From: Amoeboradix gromovi X-113 | Taxonomy: Eukaryota > Fungi > Sanchytriomycota | Reading direction: 5' to 3' | Length of the DNA stretch: 21,515 nucleotides | NCBI GenBank assembly: GCA_018985225.1 | Contig: JADGIF010000092.1 | Location: 1-21,515, forward strand | Shown: positions 16,227-21,515 of the stretch, piece by piece | Numbering within the stretch: position 1 is the stretch's first letter | Layout of the letters: each line of letters opens with the position of its first letter | Notes under the pieces: generated by a model | The model's input: the letters and a program-made list of their open reading frames with translations, nothing else | Told to the model about the DNA's origin: nothing | The model's database searches: none | Program-made: the position numbers and the translations under genes

Positions 16227-19058
16227 TTACTTGTACATATTTCCCAATGCTTTGTTCATTATTTCGTCTATCTTTGCTGTGTTCGCATGTGAGTTTATCA
16301 ACTCATCGCACACCCTTATACAGTTCAAATACTCCTTGTTTTTTAGCAACGCATTCGCCAATTTAATTCCCACGTTGTAGTCCTTGGATTTGAATGCTTT
16401 CATGTACATTTCAATATTGTTATTCAAATCTCCCATCAATTCTAACGCTTTGTAACAGTTTGCGTTTTGTTTAATCAATTTATTTAGTATAGCGGTGCAG
16501 TTATCCTGCTTGTTCATGTATATCTCTGCTAATCGTAGTAATCCGTGTTCCAATATCTCAAAGTTATCCACGCTGCATTCCATAGTAATCAACTTCTTCA
16601 AAACCTGTCTCTGTTTTACTGTGTCTTTATAGACATACGACATAGCTACACTGTGATATATGCTGGTATCCTTGATTCTGGTTAAAATGGATGACATGAT
16701 TGTTTCGCTGTTTAAATTTAACTTGAAGTGAAAGTAGTTTACCTCGTCAGTATTTGGTAGCTGCTTCAAAAGAGTGTTTATCATACTTGGATCTTGAATC
16801 ATCTTAATCATAAGAAGCTTGGCATCTATGGAATTGCAATTAACCAAGATCTCGGTTGCTATCTTGTATTCGTTGGCATAATAGTAGTACAGCGCTTTCA
16901 AATACTGTGATTTGACATTAGATATGTCTACTAAATGCATCATGTCTTGTCTGTAGAGTATTTGGTATAATGCTTTGCTGCATCTTAATGTTCCACTTTG
17001 TTTTAAAAGCTTTATTGCGTCCAAGTACATGTGCTGCTGAATAAAGAGCAGCGACTTGTAGTAAATATGGTCTTCCTTGTTTAAAAACTGCAAATACCCT
17101 TGGCATTGCACTGGATTACTTATGAAATTTAGTTTGATATATAAACTGCAATTGTCTTCGTATTTATGCAGTTGCACACTTTGCTTTATATAGTAGGTGG
17201 CATCCATGTGGCATTTATCATACGAATCACTTATTAACCATGATATTCGTGCTTGTTGCTCTAAACTTAGAGTACAGGATTCCATTATTTTAATCAACAA
17301 CAATGGAAACTGCGTATTGCGTCTACAATGAGTGAATCTGGTTAAAATCATAAAGCTCTCCTCAAAGAAGTTGCTAAAATAGCTGTAGTCACCTAACGCA
17401 CTGTATATGCTGGCTGTGTTTTTGTGATTTATATTTATTAGAAAATCAGTCAAGGTTGCGCCTATGGTAGCTTTATTATTGGATACTAACCAGCTGTAGA
17501 GCTCATTAGCTTGAGCAAAGCAATTAAAATTGATGTAGTAGTCATATAAATTAACAGCATTTTTGTTATCAAATTGGTTCAGTACTATCAGAGTGTCCAA
17601 TGCTTGCGTATAATCATTGTTATTCAAATAATAGTCCATTAACAGATTACAAGTCGGCAGAGTGGGATTGTGTTGATAATGTGTCAGCAATTCATTGATA
17701 TCGTCCACCAGCTGATGGATAACAGAATGCGTTGGTAGAGGCAGTTTGAAATGAAATGAAATGAAAAGATTTATTAAAATAGGAGTATTTGGATTAATTG
17801 CTGTCTGTTCATTCAAAACCACGGAATAAATTACTTTTAATCTGTACTGAGTTGGCGGTTGCATAGGTATTAATGGTAACTTATGGTGATTTAAGCCATA
17901 GTTCAGGTAAACTGCATATAGGGGATATACTGATAATTGTAGATTATTGCTAGTAACCTCGTTCCTGCGCTGAACAAACTGATTATTGGAATGGTTAATA
18001 GCATAAGATGCAATCTGAATACAATAGTCATATTCTGAAATCAGGCTTATGGTCTTTGGGATATTTAAACCCATGAGGAATAGACATTCAATGAGTAAGG
18101 TGTTTGCAGACGCATACAGCTTAAATCTAGTCAGCAATGTGTGCAAATAGTCTAACTCGGTCGGTATGATGTATTTTACGTGAAATAAAGGGCATGGATA
18201 GATTAAATTTTTTAATTTCGTTGCCAGGCAGATAAAATAAAAAACAAATTCATTCTGATAAATAGATACCAGGTTGCTCATGTCCAGCTGCATCAGAATT
18301 GCATTACACGCAGATTGAATATCCTCAAAAGTCGGAGATTTAAGTGCTACAGAAATTAGATTATAAGTTAAATTAGATTTACTACCAACAGGCAAGTAAT
18401 TGGATTGCATGGCTACATACTCATGTTTGATGCATGTAAATAATGGATTAAATGTGCTAATGTCGTGAGAATATAAAAGATTTTGGATTATTCGCATGTT
18501 GTAATTCAAATGAAGTGGGGTGGTGATGGCAAGGTAGTCTTTAATGATGGTGACAGAATTAGTAGTAAAATATTGGTGCAAGCCATTGTAAAACAGTATA
18601 TTAATACTGCGATCTATCGTCAACAAGGCTTGTAATTCGGAATACTTCTCCAAAGCAAAACAGCATTCGCTTTTAGCATAATATTCAATAGCAGTGGAAG
18701 TGGATATAGTAGAAAGATATTCATAACAGGTAGAGTAGTCCTGTGTTTTTAGTAAATGAGCGAGATACAAAATAGGAACATTCTCATCAATATGATTATT
18801 GAAAAGAAAATCGACGAATGGCTTTGTATCTTTGCTTGCGCTAGAAATCAAGTGACTCAAAGAATTATTTTTAGTGTTATAGCAATGGACTGCACCTAAT
18901 AACAAGTCATACTCATCAATTTTGAGATTAAAATAATTAACTATTTCATCCTTTTCATCATTCACTATTAGGTCCTGCAAGAGTGATTGAGGCTGTGGAA
19001 ATATATCAGGAAGGTCTAGAAAACTAAAAAACAGTATCTCATCAACCTCACCTGACAT
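16227..19058 (-). CDS. TTC21B: Highly divergent IFT139/TTC21B (IFT-A TPR protein)
   Basis: C-terminus EHGLLRLAEIY...NANCYKALELMG...VGIKLANALLKNKEYLNCIRVC...KI.EIMNKA matches TTC21B EKSWLLLADIY...NRSCCKAYEYMG...[22 protein letters not shown]; rest is helical/TPR-like. Confidence 0.78.
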   Translation of the reverse strand: MSGEVDEILFFSFLDLPDIFPQPQSLLQDLIVNDEKDEIVNYFNLKIDEYDLLLGAVHCYNTKNNSLSHLISSASKDTKPFVDFLFNNHIDENVPILYLAHLLKTQDYSTCYEYLSTISTSTAIEYYAKSECCFALEKYSELQALLTIDRSINILFYNGLHQYFTTNSVTIIKDYLAITTPLHLNYNMRIIQNLLYSHDISTFNPLFTCIKHEYVAMQSNYLPVGSKSNLTYNLISVALKSPTFEDIQSACNAILMQLDMSNLVSIYQNEFVFYFICLATKLKNLIYPCPLFHVKYIIPTELDYLHTLLTRFKLYASANTLLIECLFLMGLNIPKTISLISEYDYCIQIASYAINHSNNQFVQRRNEVTSNNLQLSVYPLYAVYLNYGLNHHKLPLIPMQPPTQYRLKVIYSVVLNEQTAINPNTPILINLFISFHFKLPLPTHSVIHQLVDDINELLTHYQHNPTLPTCNLLMDYYLNNNDYTQALDTLIVLNQFDNKNAVNLYDYYINFNCFAQANELYSWLVSNNKATIGATLTDFLININHKNTASIYSALGDYSYFSNFFEESFMILTRFTHCRRNTQFPLLLIKIMESCTLSLEQQARISWLISDSYDKCHMDATYYIKQSVQLHKYEDNCSLYIKLNFISNPVQCQGYLQFLNKEDHIYYKSLLFIQQHMYLDAIKLLKQSGTLRCSKALYQILYRQDMMHLVDISNVKSQYLKALYYYYANEYKIATEILVNCNSIDAKLLMIKMIQDPSMINTLLKQLPNTDEVNYFHFKLNLNSETIMSSILTRIKDTSIYHSVAMSYVYKDTVKQRQVLKKLITMECSVDNFEILEHGLLRLAEIYMNKQDNCTAILNKLIKQNANCYKALELMGDLNNNIEMYMKAFKSKDYNVGIKLANALLKNKEYLNCIRVCDELINSHANTAKIDEIMNKALGNMYK

Positions 19059-19210
19059 TGTTTGGGATTTTATATCTAAACGAAATCATACAGCGCACAA
19101 TGGTGCAACTTTATCATTAACATCTTCATTAGTATTAGCTTTTTTTGTACAAGCTCGAACTGCTTACTTAGCCTGAAGACGTGCCATAACTTGTTTCAAC
19201 TGTAACCCAA

Positions 19211-20243
19211 ATGGACACTTTAAAATTCAAATTAGAAAAACTAGGATATGCAGAAGTTATACATAGCAGGCATGGAAATAAATTGGAAAAGTTCTACTTT
19301 GAGCAACAGGGCAAAGAATCTACAATCTCAACATTTATGGAGGTAATAAAATGGCTATTTCAATTGAACCAGATAAAAACCAATTGGAACCATGAAACAG
19401 ATATATCCAAGGCGCTTGATGAAATATCCAGCGTCTTGAAGTCTCTAAAGATAGCAGTACCTTCTGCAACGCTAAAATTAGGTTATGGACCTGAAATTGT
19501 TGCAGCCTTGAACAACTTGTGTGATAGAGTTTTGCCGAGGAACGGTAATGTGATTTACAAAAGTAACTTAGTTACTACTACTTCAAAAGTAAGACAAGTC
19601 GAATACCAATTTATTGACGAGCAAATCCAACCAGTCGCAGATTATGCTAAAATCGATCCTTTTGTTCCATTTTATTCTGAGTTTTCAAATTACTCAATCC
19701 AGGATCCAATTCTGTGGAACAAAGAAGTAGAATCGATTGATTTTTCTGATATTATTCCTAAAAATCATGGTGAGTGGCGGTTACACTGGGAGCTATTAAA
19801 TGGGCACATACACTTTGTTAAAGAGAATCTTAATAATCTTAAAGTGCCGCTAAATGCCTTAATAAAGTCAAATACTGATGTTCTTGAAAAGATTTTAGCT
19901 CGTGAGAAACATTTAAATGATTCGTTCCAAATTCAAGTAGTTCATTTTAATTTAGATATCGGAGTATAGGGCAGAGTATGAAGCTCATAGCACCGCAATG
20001 AAATCTAAAGTAGCCGAAGAAAAAAATATAAAAGACATGTCGCAGCAGTTGTTGGATGCATCGAATCAGCTAGATAATGTGTTAAAACAGATGGATGAAC
20101 ACGGTTCAAAAATAACGGATGCGACTCCATTAGCAGATATTAAGACTGCCATCATTGAAATTAAGAGAGAACTACAGCAAAATGATATAATTTTGCAAGT
20201 TTATCGTCAAGGATATCTCAACAAGTCAATGGAGACAGTTTAA
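19211..20243 (+). CDS. IFT57: Intraflagellar transport protein 57, 2 exons: join(19211..19936, 19956..20243), 337 aa
   Basis: LKLGYG, WNKEVE, EWRLH, LEKILAREKHLN..Q|ISEYRA, MDEHGSKITDATPLADIK match IFT57/HIPPI. Confidence 0.92.
19937..19955 (+). other. 19-nt spliceosomal intron (phase 0) GTAGTTCATTTTAATTTAG
   Basis: GT..AG with TTAAT branch motif; excision removes the premature stop and fuses both IFT57 ORFs in frame with correct spacing REKxxN(6)EYRA. Confidence 0.92.
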
Positions 20244-20437
20244 GATTTGATTAAATAAATCATTTATCGTGACTACATGAATTCTGTCGTCGACTATCTC
20301 TCTGAACGCTTGTAAATGCAAATAACACGTTATTTTAAAGGGTCTACCTTGTGTACATCCACTCTAGTAAATCGATTACTGTACTATCTAGAAGACATTC
20401 AAGACCTGCATTTCCCCGTGATATTCATAACAGGAAA

Positions 20438-20659
20438 ATGAGCGATATAGAACTGCTGTTAAATGCTATATTCGTATATCCTAACCTAAACATGGACATA
20501 CCCAACTATAAGGAGAAGCAAACTCAATTAAGGGCAGATTTGTTAAATCCAAAGGTGGAACCTTTTCTGCATCACATGAATTTTCAAGTAAGTACTGTTC
20601 CAGATGATGATATTGTACCAGAAGAGGAGGAAGAAGAAGACGCTACACAAGTCCATTAA
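20438..20659 (+). CDS. Hypothetical small acidic-tailed protein or pseudogene fragment
   Basis: Open frame 20351-20659, first ATG 20438; AATAAA overlaps its stop like host genes; no recognisable family. Confidence 0.25.
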   Translation: MSDIELLLNAIFVYPNLNMDIPNYKEKQTQLRADLLNPKVEPFLHHMNFQVSTVPDDDIVPEEEEEEDATQVH

Positions 20660-20664
20660 TAAAT

Positions 20665-20991
20665 ATGAGTAACTTTCAATATTGACTGACAGGACGATAA
20701 TTTGTATATTCCTTTTGTTTTGAAGCCCCTAAGAAGAGTAACGCAGCTTATAAAGAGAGCACATATGCTAGGAAATTGGACACACCATACTTGCTGGTGC
20801 AAAGTGCTTCAGAATTCATGATCACTTTAAAAACCAAATAATGGTGTTGCCTTTTCCAAAGTATGTCCAAAAACAGGCACTCGCTTAATCGACTAAATTA
20901 TGTGTTGCAATTACCCAAATTATCTTTTCAATAGTCTTTTAGCTGTAATTTGCACACTAAACAAAACAGGTAAATTAGCTTTCTTATCTGT
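20665..20991 (+). pseudogene. Second, more decayed Fanzor2/TnpB-like relic with internal deletion
   Basis: FQY*LTGR*FVYSFCFEA then KLDTPYLLVQSASEFMITLKT..LFQSMSKN...LQLPK follow the same motif order as 8439-8097; ends with two blocks shared with 13293-13413. Confidence 0.5.
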
Positions 20992-21104
20992 GACTAAATG
21001 GTTGCAAAGAAATTGACGCATTAAATGAAGCATTTACTACTTAAACAGTTTATAGAGTGCGGAACTCTAAAGAAACCAATAGGGACACATAAAAATTGAC
21101 ACTC

Positions 21105-21172
21105 GGGACATCAAATACAAAAACTGGACTAACTTTCAGTAACAACTTGGAACATTATTTCAGCTTTATTAA
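21105..21172 (-). mobile_element. MITE copy 3 (truncated terminal fragment)
   Basis: GGGACATCAAATACAAAAACTGGACTAACTTTCAGTAACA...ATTATTTCAGCTTTATTAA matches the reverse complement of the 2322 end; a further TIR-like stub GGGACACATAAAAATTGAC at 21082-21100. Confidence 0.8.
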
Positions 21173-21297
21173 TTTTATGGATATAAGAGGCGACTGGGCA
21201 TTCAGCTAGTTGCGGAGTTGACGAGTATAAAAGGAAAATAAATATTCTGTACAGCTATTCTCTTACTTTTTCATCCAATCTTTATTTCAAATAAACC

Positions 21298-21406
21298 ACT
21301 GATTCATAATACTGATTCATAATACTGATTCATAATATTGATTCATAATACTGATTCATAATACTAATAGTACTAATAGTACTAATTCATAATACTGATT
21401 CATAAT
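21298..21406. repeat. 13-bp minisatellite (ACTGATTCATAAT) x7 with two 9-bp ACTAATAGT variants
   Basis: Five units 21298-21362, two 9-mers 21363-21380, two units 21381-21406. Confidence 0.97.
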
Positions 21407-21515
21407 AGGGTATATTTTCATTTAAGAACTATCCAGAGAGAACTGTCTTGCACATAAATAGAGACCTTTCCTAATAAAGTTATGGCCAAGAGAAAGCAAA
21501 AGCTTTCATACACCA

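Noticed and set aside
427-17106. Small antisense/nested ORFs in the track (427-693, 1613-1813, 3457-3684, 5484-5675, 6296-6481, 6654-6938, 8418-8654, 11048-11248, 13116-13307, 15112-15303, 15663-15902, 16918-17106)
   Set aside because: Shadows of well-supported genes or relics, with no motif support.
10029-19058. Stop-codon reassignment (as in some aphelids)
   Set aside because: Long genes are uninterrupted and TAA, TAG and TGA all occur at expected C-termini.
21298-21406. CRISPR array or telomere
   Set aside because: No unique spacers, no cas genes, eukaryotic context; internal and not G-rich.

Overview
AT-rich, very gene-dense eukaryotic nuclear DNA read in the standard genetic code. A fungal-type DNA polymerase gamma together with two intraflagellar-transport genes points to a flagellated early-diverging fungus/holomycotan with a compacted genome (inference; a sanchytrid-like lineage would fit). 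Host genes: copine, TMEM245-like, a minimal SF3B6/p14, TRAPPC5, CAF-1 p60 (CAC2), TUG/ASPSCR1, POLG/MIP1, an F-box/LRR protein, ESF1, IFT139/TTC21B and IFT57. Highlights: (1) the only two well-supported introns are both exactly 19 nt (GTA...YTAAYTYAG), next to a stripped-down branch-site protein SF3B6; (2) a decayed IS607-type element (serine-recombinase TnpA + Fanzor2/TnpB N-terminus + terminal hairpin, candidate omegaRNA) at 7.9-8.7 kb, with a second Fanzor2-like relic at 20.7-21.0 kb and an orphan 3' end just behind POLG that share two sequence blocks; (3) a 419-bp MITE with GGG termini and a 4-bp TSD, present in three copies; (4) poly(A) signals fused to stop codons; (5) head-to-head IFT-A/IFT-B genes. 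All homology calls are from motif recognition by eye, not database searches.
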